From NCBI RefSeq assembly GCF_036321535.1, contig NC_087436.1, positions 55,430,001 through 55,494,000 on the forward strand: a DNA stretch of 64,000 nt, read 5' to 3'. The notes under the pieces were generated by a model, which worked only from the letters and a program-made list of their open reading frames with translations, was not told the DNA's origin and did no database searches. Origin of the DNA: Camelus dromedarius. Taxonomy: Eukaryota. Position numbers and translations under genes: made by a program. This document shows, in pieces, positions 1 through 12,211 of this stretch (positions are counted from its first letter, which is position 1; every line of letters starts with the position of its first letter).

Positions 1-2502
1 AATAATTATTTTCTAATTAGTATATGTAAATGGTGCTGTAAATGAACTCAGACCAAAGCAGTTATTAAACGGAAGAAAACATGACTCTGTCCCTTCTTAA
101 GACTGTGATATAAAAAATTAAATATTTAATCATTTGCTAGCATCAATTGAATTTCGTATAACGTTGTCTTTCTGCCCCGGGTATATAATTTAAAGGCTTT
201 TCTATACAGAAAAAAAATGTTTTCCAGAAGTATTTTATTATTTAAGTTTTCTTACTAATTTTAAAAATGTCATTCTTTTGTCTCATGTCCTTACAGAGTA
301 TATCAGTTTTCTTCTAGTGCTAATTTTTCTATCACATTTGTGATTTTTAGATCCTCAATTGTTACTTTAGAGCTAGTCAGTAAAAGTTATTTCTGTTGCC
401 TTTGAACCCAGAAAGGAAATTCTGAAGGTCAAAGCTACTCCTGCTGTCTCAGGCATGTACACACTCTCTTTCTTACTCTTTGGTTCTCACTCCAGTTCGT
501 ATTCCCTCTATCTCTTATTAATGCCTCTAAAACATCAATATACTCTGAGACAAAGAAAAGAGGGATTCTATTCTATGTTAAGGATAAAAAGATTGGCAGG
601 AATATGAAGAAGAGAGGCTATAACTGTCTGAATTTATAATCAGATTAAATTGGCATTTTCCGCTTATTGACTAATCTAAGAAACTTTATTATATCCAAGT
701 TACAGAAATGAAACCACGTCACAGATAAGACAGTGTTTTAAAGAAACTACCATTAATCAGAGCCAAAGTTTTGATGTCTTTTTTTAAATTAAAGTATTGT
801 CTAAAGGGAAACTTCAATTGTTTGTAATGTATAAATCTCAGAAAATTGATACTATATAATTGTTCCCTTTAGAATATAATCATATTTTACTTTGACAAAA
901 TAAATGCAAAGATCAGTATTCCATGTGAATATTGTCAGAGTGATGGAAAATGGAACTCAAATCTGCCTCATTGTCAGTATTTGCTCAAGAACAATAACTT
1001 ACACTTTAATTCCAAACTCACTGGAATAAATCATGGCATTTTTTTTTTAAGTGCAAATCTTACAGTTAAGGTATCTTTATAAAAATTTTCATACTGTGTT
1101 AGTTAAAATAAAATTATTTTTCCCTTTCTCTTTTCCTTTTTTCTTTTCAGCAACGATGAATTCCTTTTTCCAAATGGCTTAGATTAAAGGAACTTTTTTA
1201 GGCAGCATATGAAGTAATGCTCAAATCATAAATTTCATTAATTGCCAAACTATGATATGACATTAGATAGAATAGACTACATTAGTATAATCATACTTTT
1301 ATACATTTCTTCATTGAGAACCATCTTATATAGTTGTTCAATTATATATGTTCAGTTGTGTGAGTGATCTGTTTTCTTTACTACTATAGACTGCATTGTT
1401 TTCTGGCACAAGGCAGTATAGATTAACATGTGTGTGTTTGTGTGTGTGTTTGCATTCTGTCCATAGGAAATGAAAACACTTGACAAAAGGAATTTTTGGA
1501 AAATGGCATTTTGGATAAAAGGCATTTTCCCCAAGGATATACAAGAAAAAAGAGTAACATTTATAATTTTTCTAGAAATGAATTCCTCATTTAAGATTTA
1601 GTTCATATATTCTAAGGAGAGTGAACCGTGCCGTGTAAATAGCTGCCTACTTTTCATGAATTTTCTAATCATTCTAAGGGAATTTTTCCATCTTAAGGGT
1701 TAAAAGCTGGTTGAAATTACATGCTTTTAATCAGTTAACAGTTTTGATAAACATTGACTAATATGCATGACTCTTTTTTTGGCCAGTTCAAATAAGACAC
1801 ACAGAATTCTTATCCTCCATGACTTGTATCCTGTTACTTATAATATAAGACAGTAAAATGCTTCCCCATAGAGTGGAGGAGGAAGTCAGATAAGATCATT
1901 CCCACTGACTGCCTTTTAGAATCTTATCAGCACTTCTAGCATCTCCCAAAGTTGACGCTATCCTTCTGTCTCAGAAATGGCATTCCTTGATTTATTTTGT
2001 AAATGGATCTTTGGCAATTTCTCAAATTTCTCTCAGCTTAGAAACTGTTTTTTATTGTTGTTGTTGCTGTTGTTTTAATTTTAATGGACATATAGTTTTA
2101 TCAGACTAGTGGCTCTAACAAAGGGATTTTCTTTCTTTTTCTTAGTGCATATAAAATGGTGATGCTTAACAAGGAATATTTTACAAGTTCTAAGGGACGC
2201 TCCACACTCACTGACCAGTCATTTCTTAGGAATAAATATCCCTTTGGAAGACCTTCAAAACAGAGGATCTCTATCTTAAACAGAAGGATCTTTTTGGAGA
2301 AGATCATTCACTTCTAAGACAGGTAAAAGGAGGAGACAAATTGTATTTCTCAGTCCGTAATTCAGAGCCTCTCTTAAGCCAGTTTCAGAATAGGCATGGA
2401 CACTCAAGGAGACATGATAATTGTCAAAGTATAATTTTTAAAAAGTTAAAAATGTGACTTTTGCACAAATATAGATTGAACAGCAAAGACTTCGAAACTA
2501 AT

Positions 2503-3104
2503 TGTATTAGTTTCCTCTTGCTGCTTTAACAGATTACCAAGAATTTAGTGGCTTAAAGCAATGCAAATTAATTATCATGTAGTTCTATAGGACAGAAGTT
2601 CAGCATGAGTCTCACTGGGTAAAACCATGAAGCCAGCACAGCTGTGCTCCATTCTGGAGGCTCTAGCGGAGACTGTTTCTTGATCATTTGGATATTTAGC
2701 AGAATTAAGTTTCTGTGGTTGCAGGACTAAGGTTACTACTTTGTTTGTTGTGTTGGCTGTAAGGTAGGGCTACCCTTAGCAACAAGAGGCCTCTCTTTTC
2801 TATTTGCTCATAGACCCCTTCATCTCAGAACCATCAATAGAGCATTGAGTCATTCCTCCTGAAATATTTTTCTGCCACATTCTGTTGTTGAATCTCTCTT
2901 TCTCACCATAGCCAGGAATAGTTCTCTGCTTTTAAGGACTCGTATGTTTGGGCCCACCTGGATAATCCAGGTTAATCTCTCCATCTTAAATTTCATAGCT
3001 TTAAAAGCATTGGCAATGCTCCTTTTGCCACATAAGTTAACTTTCAGAAGTTACAGGGATTATGGGGTAAATATTTTGAGGGAATCATTATTCTGCTTAC
3101 CACA
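2503..3104 (-). mobile_element. MaLR solo LTR (MLT1 family)
   Basis: Begins TGTATTAGTTTCC...GCTGCTTTAACAGATTACC...AGTGGCTTAAA and ends CTGCTTACCACA. These are the reverse-complement termini typical of MLT1. Confidence 0.85.
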
Positions 3105-3109
3105 CTCTT

Positions 3110-3291
3110 TTTTTGTACATTTTAACCTTTCACACATTTCACCCCTGCTTCTGGTAACCACCAATCTGTTCTCTGTGTTTTTGAGGCTTTTTTAGAATCC
3201 ACGTATAGATTAAATTAAATCCTACAGTATTTGTCACAAATGGCAAGATTATTTTTTATGGCCGAATAATATTCCATTGTGCGTGTGTGTG

Positions 3292-3322
<31 letters not shown>

Positions 3323-3700
3323 ACCACATTTTCTTTGTCCATTTATCTATAGATAGACACTTAGGTTGTTTCCATATATTGGCTATTATAAATAATGCTG
3401 CAATGAACATGGAATACATATATCTTTTTGAATTAGTGGTTTTCTTTTCTTTGCATAAACACACAGAAGTGGAATTAATATATCATATCACAGTTCCCTA
3501 CTTTTAATTTTTGAGGAACCTCCATACTGTTTTCCACAGTGGCTGTACCAATTTATAGAGTGCGCAAAGTTTACGTTCTCTCCACATCCTCACCAGCACT
3601 TATTTCTTGTCTTTCTGTTACTAGCTATTCTGACAGGTTTAAGATGATACCTCATTGTGGTTATAATTTACATTTCCCTGCTATTGAGCATCTTTTCACT
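3110..3700 (-). mobile_element. L1 fragment (ORF2 C-terminus and 3' UTR)
   Basis: The minus-strand ORF 3249-3464 contains MFIAALFIIANIWKQPKCLSIDKWTKKMWY, the canonical L1 ORF2 C-terminal motif. Confidence 0.9.
3278..3322. repeat. Interrupted (TG)n microsatellite inside the L1
   Basis: Directly visible TG run with a few interruptions. Confidence 0.95.
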
Positions 3701-4879
3701 CATTAATAAGCTAAAGAGCCCAATTCAGAAGGGGATATGGAAGGCATAAGATCTGTGGGAGAAAAGAATGTTGGAACTAATTTGCACAGAACAAATACAA
3801 AACAAGTCAGTGTCTTCCAGGGTAATAAAACTAAGATTTGGATTGATCTCTTCTGGTGGATAAAATTTATTTGAATCCTCAATAAATGGAAATGATTTAC
3901 TTCATATTGATTATTTATAAATTAATATATCTTTATAGAATGTAAGCCCAAATCAATGATAAATAAGTCAAAGCTATATTTCTTAGAGGCAAACTTTACC
4001 ATGCATATAGAATTGTTTTAAAGTTATTTCCAAGCTTTGGAATTTTTTCCCTTAACAAAGTGAATAACATCAATGGAGTATTGCTAGTTTCTTTGGAGTG
4101 GCTCTAAAAATTAATATCTCAGGTTAAAGGTAAGATGTAAGACAGGAAAGAAATTATTTATATTAACTATGGTCTACTTGATAAATTAACTGAATGAAAA
4201 TAGATACATATTATATGTACAATTACATTATGTATGTTCATAATGTATTTTAACATATACATGTATATACATACTGTAGGGATATTTGTGTGTCTGTACA
4301 TAGACAATAAATATATTTAGATCTATATTTGTTAAGTACTAAGGACTCTGCAAATTAAAAAGAAACAAAATGACTTCATGTAATTCTCAGGGAATGCCTT
4401 TCTCAATTTTCTTACATAGGGCATTTTTAATGTGGTCACTCTGTAATTCTTTGAAATGTCACTTTAATTCAACTTATAATTCTTGAAGTCCTACCATAAG
4501 ATACGAATTATATTAGGTACCATGGATATTAGAAAAGAGTTACCTATAGTCCCAGCTCTCAAAGGACATGCAGTCCAATGGTTGAGATGAATATATAACC
4601 AAATAACTCTGATATAATCTGAAAATTGCTCATTGTAGGGGTATATGAAATGTTACGGGAATGCAGATGCATAATTAGATACCTTTTCTTGGCGGAGAGT
4701 TTCTGGGGAAACTGGGGAAATGAAGATCTACTTGATTTCACTTTTGAAAGATGGACGGAGATGAGACAGAGTAACAGGAAGCGTAGGCCATCTGGGAAGA
4801 GAGGAGGAGAGATTCCCACGTGACCGGAGCGAAGGGCCTGGCGGAGTGGTGATTGCGGTTGGGCAGGAAAGGTGGCCCA

Positions 4880-5030
4880 GAGCCTTGCTTTGCAATCAGG
4901 CGGACAGAGCTAAACACGGATCAACTCTTCTCTTATTTACTGTGTGCCCTTGGCAAAGTAGTTTCTCTAATCCTGAGCAAAAATATCTCCCTCAGAGTCT
5001 TCTCATAGTGCTGAGCCAGTGTAAATGTTA
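4880..5030 (+). mobile_element. MIR SINE fragment
   Basis: MIR core-like TATTTACTGTGTGCCCTTGGCAAAGTAGTTTCTCTAATCCTGAGC. Confidence 0.55.
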
Positions 5031-5104
5031 AGTTTCCACTGTTCTTCATATACCATGACTAAAGTGTAGACATTTTTCTATAAGCAATGGAGATTCATCA
5101 GATT

Positions 5105-5450
5105 TTTTAAAAAGACCGCGGTCGTAGTAGAGTAGAATATGGCCACAACAGCGAGAGATCCAATGCAGAAAGGCCACAGGGGTTGTCTATGTAACACACG
5201 AAGGGGCTGAAAATAAAACAATGGAGTTGGAGAGGAGGAGGTGGTTGCCAGAGGAGTTTGAGGGTACAGAGCTGGCTAGACTGATACCATGGTTTCCGGT
5301 TGTTACGGAATGTAAGGGTGAAGGAGGAATCAAATATAACCATAAGTTTCTGGTTTAGACAACTTGTTATCAATGATACTATTAAAGAGAATAGACAGGA
5401 TGAGGAGAAGCAAGCAGATCAATAGGGAAATATTTGAGTTAAGTTTTTAA
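5105..5450 (-). mobile_element. L2 LINE fragment
   Basis: Purine-rich L2-like text (GGAATGTAAGGGTGAAGGAGGAATCAAATATAACCATAAGTTTCTGG). Confidence 0.5.
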
Positions 5451-7039
5451 ATACTTGTTAGAATACATTTGTGAAAGAAATTACTTTTTCTAGAGTTAAT
5501 ATCTTCACAAATGTTATGTTCCCTTTTTTTTAAATAAATCGAAACTGTTCAACTAGTGAACTAGAAAGCGCCTTATTCATAAAACATAACATAACCCAAA
5601 GACATACAAGTGTGTACGTATATGAAGTTGTGACATTTTGTTGCATTTTCACCTCACTATTTTTGCAGTTGTAAAAGCCTTGCTTCTTAATCTCAGGTCT
5701 GTGTTTTCTACTTCTGTTGAAGATGCTCCTTGGAGACAGTCTACACGGACCAGCATACCTTGGAGAGGGAATTTGTCTTCTATTTTTTTTGAAATCCCCC
5801 TCAGTGCTTTGTTGCTCTGGTCACGGTATTTGACACATATTATGAAACAAAATCATCCCATAATCGTTAAATGCAGACATCCCTTAAACTCTTGTTGCTA
5901 ATTAAGTTAATTAATGTCCAATTCGGTTGACAAGAGCAAATTGAAGAGACTCGTGGTATTCACAGAGGCCCTGAGAAACTTCACTTAAAAATTATAATCT
6001 GTTCTGTCGCCAATATAAAACAAACAATATGAAGCAGGAGGTCTGATCAAACCTTCCAGCTCATTCGAGTCAGTCACCTGTAACTAATTAAGAAGGTGCT
6101 TTCAGGAGGCCTGGCCCTATGCTGGGTGTGCCGTGTAACCAACTGCCACCTGGCCGAGGCAGCAGAGCTAGCGGAGAGTGAAGAAACATTTTCTTTCCTG
6201 AGGTCTGACCGACACATGCCGTGCTAATCACGTTTTGCTGGTGCCCAGCTTCCCCAGCTTTTTCCTGTGTCATCATTATTCCAGTTACAGCCTCCCAGGA
6301 AGGTTTTCCACTGCGCACCCTGACTCTGGACAGTTCATTCTCAGCATGTAGCAGCGAGAAAGTAGGTGAATGGTTCTCATTATCGGCAGCAGTTGTATGC
6401 CGTGCTGAAAATACCCACAGAAAATTATTGGGAACACGAGGGAAATGGAAAAAGAAAGACTGAATGCGAAAAGCCCCTGAGGTAATCCGTGCAGAAGCCG
6501 ATAAGGAGAGAACAGGCCCCTGCCTGAGAGCAAGAGCCCAAGGTGCCTGTGCCCGTCCCCACGCTGTGACTGAGCTGGCTCCCCCTGCTTCTGACTCTTT
6601 AGGCTGATTTTCTTTTCAGGAGGCTACAAAGTAACTGAAAGGCTAATTTCAATTTTGTACAGGGCTTTTTTAAAAAATAAGTCATTTCAACAAAAATCAG
6701 TTAGTTATAAAAGACTAGCTTTTAAGTCAAGGTTGAGAAACACCTGCCAGTGTGGGAAAAGGCAAGAAGAACTCCTGGGTGGGTGTACAAGAAAAAGTTC
6801 AAAAGTCACCAAGAAGGGCATTTTAAAAGAGGTATCTATTTTAAAAATAGGTATATAACATACATATTTAAAGAGTACTATTGTCTTGTCTGTGAGTTAA
6901 ATTTGGTCTTTCCCACCTCAAGTTATTTTTTAATGTTTTATTATTGAACAGCAGAACCTTTAGAACTAATAATGCAAACAACAGAAACTTTGAGATTATA
7001 ATTAAGTATATATTTTACTATTAATTGAATGTTAATTTA

Positions 7040-7280
7040 TAGTTAAATAATGTTTTGATAAATACTTGTTAGTACTATAAATAAATATTGTATATATGTA
7101 AATAAACATTGCATATATACAATATATAACAAATATATATACAAATAAATATATAAATGAATATTGTATATATACAAATATATACAAATAAATATTTGTA
7201 GTACTGATAATTATATTTATTAAAACATTATTTAGCTATAAATATATATGTACAAATATATATTTACTACAGATAAATGT
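7040..7280. repeat. AT-rich low-complexity degenerate tandem (ATATATACAAATAAAT-like units)
   Basis: Almost entirely A/T, with recurring TATATACAAAT units. Confidence 0.8.
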
Positions 7281-7574
7281 TTATTGGTCCTAGGATTTTG
7301 TTCAATTTTATTCCTGATATCCAGTCATCACCATGTCGAGTATAAAGCATTTCAATCATTTCAATGCTATTAAATGTATTATCTACTTCTGATAAGTTTT
7401 GCAAACTACCAAGAAAAGAAACACCACAACATTTTCATCAATTCCTTCAACCCATAAAAACCAGCATAAACTTTTTATTTAATGCTTAGAATACACAGTC
7501 TGAACTTAGATTAGTCTAAATCTTTTAGTTTCACATTGAAACTTAAGAGGTTTTTTGTTTGTTTGTTTTCTTTA

Positions 7575-8070
7575 ACTTGAGGGCTGAAGATTCATTAGCT
7601 CACATAACTGAAGAGTCTGGAGCTTCTGACTTTGGGTACAGTTTGATCCACATACTCGAATCATGTCGTCAGAAAACTATGTCCTTTTACCTCTAGCTTC
7701 AGCTTTCTTCTGTTTTGGATTTTTTTAAGCAGTGATTTCACCATAAGATGACAAATATATTCAGAAATTAATCCCTGTCTAACATTTTATGCATTTAGCA
7801 ACCTTCGTGAGGGGAACTCGCTGCTTTTATCAGTTTAAGGAAAAGTCTCAGAACTGAGTCTCATGGAACATGAAATCCTTCAAGAAATTCTGGGCCATAC
7901 AATGTTCTCACTGGCCAGGTCCAGGCAATATGCCCTATCCGTGGAGCAAAATGGGGAATATGGTTACATGGATTAAGAGTGAGAAAGGGGCTTTCTTCTG
8001 CTCCGAAATTAAGATGCTCATAGTGGAAGAAGGGAGGAATGGACACTGAGCAGTCATAAAGAACAGATAC
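7575..8070 (-). mobile_element. Old MaLR LTR (MLT1J/K-like)
   Basis: TTCATTAGCTCACATAACTGAAGAGTCTGG...TTTGGGTACAGTTTGATCCA resembles the reverse strand of MLT1J/K. Confidence 0.6.
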
Positions 8071-8714
8071 CTATCTGGTGGAGAACTTTTTTTTCTAAAT
8101 TTTGAGAAAGTTATGAGTAAGTGCAACCCGCACTAATTAATCAGTCTTGTTTGCTAATAATTATTATCAGGAATCCCCCAACCTTAATGAAGCAATCTCT
8201 TTAATGAACACCACTCGGACCACGTTCATAGCCACCCACGCAAGGCCAAGTGTAACTTAATCTGCCTGAGGTGCCCCCTTAACACTCTCCCCAAACTAGC
8301 CCTTTCTTAATGTAACTCTACCTATTAAATGTGATACTTTAAGTCAAAGTACATGTCATAGAAAATACTCAATCAATATTAGTTTTCTTTCCTTCCTTCT
8401 TTCCTTTTGTTTCATGTCCATTTTCTTTATTATTTCATGAAACTTTATGAAGTATAACCTCATTTTAGTGACTCCACAGTTACTAAACAACATAGAGTTA
8501 TTGAACAAATGAACATTTTACAATTTATTTTTTCTCCAACTTGTTCTGCATGTGTTAACTGAAAAAAACAATTAATACTGCATTTTTACAAATCTAATTT
8601 CCATGGCTTACTTAGTGTAACTTCCAAACTAGCTAGGACCTTAAATTTAAGTAAAATATTTTCCTTTTATTTTGTGTATTGTGTGAAAATTAGTGCAGTT
8701 GTGGATGGTAATTA

Positions 8715-8940
8715 ACTATAAAAGAAGATGCTGGAATGAAAACAGAAAACCTAGGCTCTAGTTTTCATTCCATCACTTACAAGCTGTATAATCTTGAGCA
8801 AATTAATTATGCTCTATAAAACTGTATTTGCTTTATCCCCCAAATGGGAATATAGAGCCCCTCCCCACCTACACCACATATTTACTTTATAAATCAAATG
8901 AGATGATGCATGAGGAAGTGTTATTAATAGTGAAGACTTA
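8715..8940 (+). mobile_element. MIR SINE
   Basis: CAGAAAACCTAGGCTCTAG...CATCACTTACAAGCTGTATAATCTTGAGCAAATT...ATCAAATGAGATGATGCATG. Confidence 0.75.
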
Positions 8941-9899
8941 TTGACCGATTGTTATGATAGCTGTTTGCAGAATGGACTGGAGCAGGACAGAAACAGGGCA
9001 TAACTGCAGAGAATGTCACATCATCACGACAGCCCACAAAAAGGAATCACAATTACAGCAAATGTGCTGAAGGACACTGGCAGGTTGGAGGGCAGAGAAA
9101 AACAGTGTTTTGTTTGTTCCCCAGGTATAGAAGGCATATGAGTAAATAAGTTTGCTTATAATCCTGAGACCGTAAGAAATTGTCCAGGTGCCAGTTTCAC
9201 TCACAGTATAGAAGAGTGGATGGAGATGCAGCCCTAGTGGAAAATGCCATCTTGATAATTTTATAGCATGCGCTGTGTTAGCCAGCGGATATGATTACTT
9301 GTTACTGAAGGAAAACAGAATGAGATATTAGAAGGAATGTTCAAAATGTATAACAGAAATATATGAAAGGCTTACTACAAAACTTTATATTCTAAGGATA
9401 ATTTCTATTTTCTTTATGTTCTGTGAAAATTATACAGCTCCTATTTTTCCTTAACACCAAGGAAAATAAGGTGTGTCTGTTCTGAGTGATCCCTTGCATA
9501 CCCATGGTACCAAGAAGGAGAATCCTTTGGGACACAAAACAGAATCCTCTGTGATTTGCTCATGTCCCTTCCTGTGAAGTTGAAGTGACTAGTCATAAAA
9601 CTCCTGAGCAAGAGTCACCCATTTTACATTAGTGCTCTGCCCTGAGATAAAACAGGACTATAGTCCAGAGAATGTGGTGGATGCTTCTTGCAGACCCATT
9701 ATTGTAGCATCGGAGCCTTTCCCAAAGAAATAACTCTTCATAGCTCCATCACTTGTAGGGTTACTTTTTAAATTTACTACTGCCAACATGTTGCCAACTA
9801 CTATTTCTATGTCCCCCCTGCTCGTGTTCTAGGCAGGAACTGACCCTGTTCCTGATTTATGAGTAGGTGATTGGCAAGGATTCTTCTGCTTTTGGAACT

Positions 9900-9987
9900 T
9901 TTTTTTTTAAATTGAGATACCAGGGATTGAACCCAGGACCTCATGCATGCTAAGCATGCGCTCTGCCACTGAGCTTGACCCACCCCC
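9900..9987 (-). mobile_element. tRNA-Ala-derived short SINE (camelid Vic-1-like)
   Basis: The reverse strand reads GGGGGTGGGTCAAGCTCAGTGGCAGAGCGCATGCTTAGCATGCATGAGGTCCTGGGTTCAATCCCTGG...poly(A), with A and B boxes. A perfect 15-bp TSD TCTGCTTTTGGAACT lies at 9885-9899 and 9988-10002. Confidence 0.92.
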
Positions 9988-10584
9988 TCTGCTTTTGGAA
10001 CTCTGCTTCAACTTTAACTACTGCAATGCACATATCCCTTATACACCCTCTGTTAACTGACACTATTTTTTGTCTTCTGTTATGCTATAGCAGCTGCACC
10101 ACGTAAGAATTCAGGCCCTGTCTACACATGGCAAGTAAGCATGGGCATCTCATTATTTCTCGACCTTTTTTAAAAATCATACTGGGAACCCTTGACCTGC
10201 TAATTTTGAGCCTTTTACTCTCTGACAAATCTCCCTCACTGCCTTTTCATATGACTATGCCAACTGCACATTCTCAAATCAGTAGAAATATTCCTTAGGA
10301 TGCCCCTAAGGTGTTGGCACTACAAGTATAAATCTGTGCTCTGTCTCCTCCCCATCACTCTGTTCCTCCTGCTGCAACCCACTTTGTAAATGAGCTTGTT
10401 TAGAGAACTGGAACATTTGCATAGCTTTTCACTGGGCATGACTGGAGGACGAGCAGGTGATATGCAAGGAATGTGGCAAAGGGAATTCAAAGTCACTTTA
10501 GACTGCTCCATAGGAAAAAGGAATTAAACCTAGAAAGTGATGTCAAGATATGATCTGCTTAAAATACTCTTGATAGAATAACAA

Positions 10585-10820
10585 TAGCTGCTTTATTATG
10601 ACGACCATATATTGTTTACATGTCATCAACAGGCACTGTATTAGTTTCTTACTTATTTTTCAATGTTCACAACACTGTAGGTAGACATCTTTGCTTTAAC
10701 TTTATAAATGAGTAAACTGAGACTCAGTCCTGTTAACTCACCAAAAAGTACACGCCCAGTATGCGAGGCAGGGTCTGGGATGTATCCCAGAGTTCTCTGA
10801 CTCCAAAACTTTTGCTGTTC
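10585..10820 (-). mobile_element. MIR SINE
   Basis: CAGGCACTGTATTAG...TTTTATAAATGAGTAAACTGAGACTCAG...TCTGACTCCAAAAC. Confidence 0.8.
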
Positions 10821-11414
10821 TTTTTTTTAAGCCGAAATAAACAAATATGCTCTAGGACTAAGTAAATAAATGATATATGTATGTATGCATATATGTATAT
10901 TCATATATACTGGGAGAGAGTAAGAGAAATAGAGAGTGTGTATGTGTGTGTGTAACTTGCCATAACTTGGAGATGAGCTTGTGATATTGATTAGGAGGGA
11001 CAGTGTAATATAGATGGAAGGAAAGATTATAGATTACCTCTTTTATATATATGTTGACTGCCATACATATTGTATTAAACCCAGATGCAGGAGTTAATAA
11101 ATCCTGAGAATTAAGGAGTATGTCCTCACAATGTATTTCCATGTCTCAGCAACTATATTAGATGCAAGGGTAGGGCCAGAAGGCTCTCCAAATAATAACT
11201 TCCATGTCTAGAATTGCTGTTATAAATGCAGAGCCCTCTAATACATGGCATTCGATCACCTCAATACAGTGCTGGCATCTCTGTGGAAAAACCTTACCAT
11301 CATGCTGCTGATATGTTGCAAACATCTGGTTGAAAGTTTTGTTAAATTTAACTCTGTGGTAGAAAGCTAGCACAACATTTGAACTATATTATTCCCAGTC
11401 GTGGCAGGATGAAG

Positions 11415-11600
11415 TGAGTAATGGCCTAGGAAGGTAAAAACCTAAGTTTTAAGCCTTGGCTTGGAAAAAACCTGACTAAATTATCAGCACCACAGTGATT
11501 TCACTTATAAAATAGCATAATACTTAAGTCTCAGTATGATTGTTAGGATTAAATAAAATAATGTTTATATAGCCCTCTACTGATGTTTTATACGTTTATG
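11415..11600 (+). mobile_element. MIR SINE fragment
   Basis: CAGTGATTTCACTTATAAAATAGCATAATA...GATTGTTAGGATTAAATAAAATAATG. Confidence 0.55.
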
Positions 11601-11732
11601 GTCATTATGCCATTAAAATATAAAACAAAACAATATTGCACTGCAATTTCTCCATTGGTTCTATTCCATAGACCATTTTAAAATTTAACCTCTTCTTGTT
11701 AATTATAATGAACAAAGTTGAATAATTCCAAG

Positions 11733-12211
11733 TGTCGACTGAAATAAATGAGCAGCCTAAAAGTTGAGAGTTACGTTTTATTTGGCATTAGGACTCGAGC
11801 CAGGATGACAGCCTCTCAGATGGCTCTGAGGGACTGCTCCAAAGAGGTAGGGGAGGAGCTAGGATACAAAGGAGCTTTACAACAAAGACCAGGTAGTCGG
11901 AACATTAAAAGATTATTTGTTAACTAAAGAAAACCAGGCATCTCAAGTTAAAGAATTGAGTGCTTTTCTATGTATGGGAGGAAGCAAACATTTGGGCCCA
12001 TTGAATTCATTCCTTTGACAAGCACCTAGCTATCTAGGGCCAGATTCTTGTCCTTTCTTATTCTGAGTCCCCTCAGAGTGCACCATTGTGAGTGGCTGCA
12101 GGCGCTGGGCTGCAGGCTTGGCTTCACTGGGGGGTGGCGGCAGCCGCTGATGACTTGATGGTTTCAGCATTCTTTGTTTACTGATACGGTTTGCAGTATT
12201 TTTCGTTCACA
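11733..12211 (-). mobile_element. ERV1-class solo LTR (resembles artiodactyl MER41-like LTRs), 479 bp
   Basis: TG...CA termini with a perfect 4-bp TSD CAAG (11729-11732 and 12212-12215). A minus-strand AATAAA lies near 11777-11782. GC and CpG content exceed the flanks. Confidence 0.88.

Noticed and set aside
3249..3464. Protein-coding ORF
   Set aside because: It is an L1 ORF2 C-terminal remnant read through a (CA)n microsatellite.
9900..9987. tRNA-Ala gene (also 44120-44203)
   Set aside because: The A-rich tail, TSDs and imperfect acceptor stem show these are SINE retrocopies.
11291..11335. Minus-strand 28-nt micro-exon ending ATG|GTAAGG
   Set aside because: The donor is good but the acceptor is weak, and there is no partner exon.
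11733..12211. STAT1 GAS sites in the MER41-like LTR
   Set aside because: No TTCNNNGAA match found by eye.
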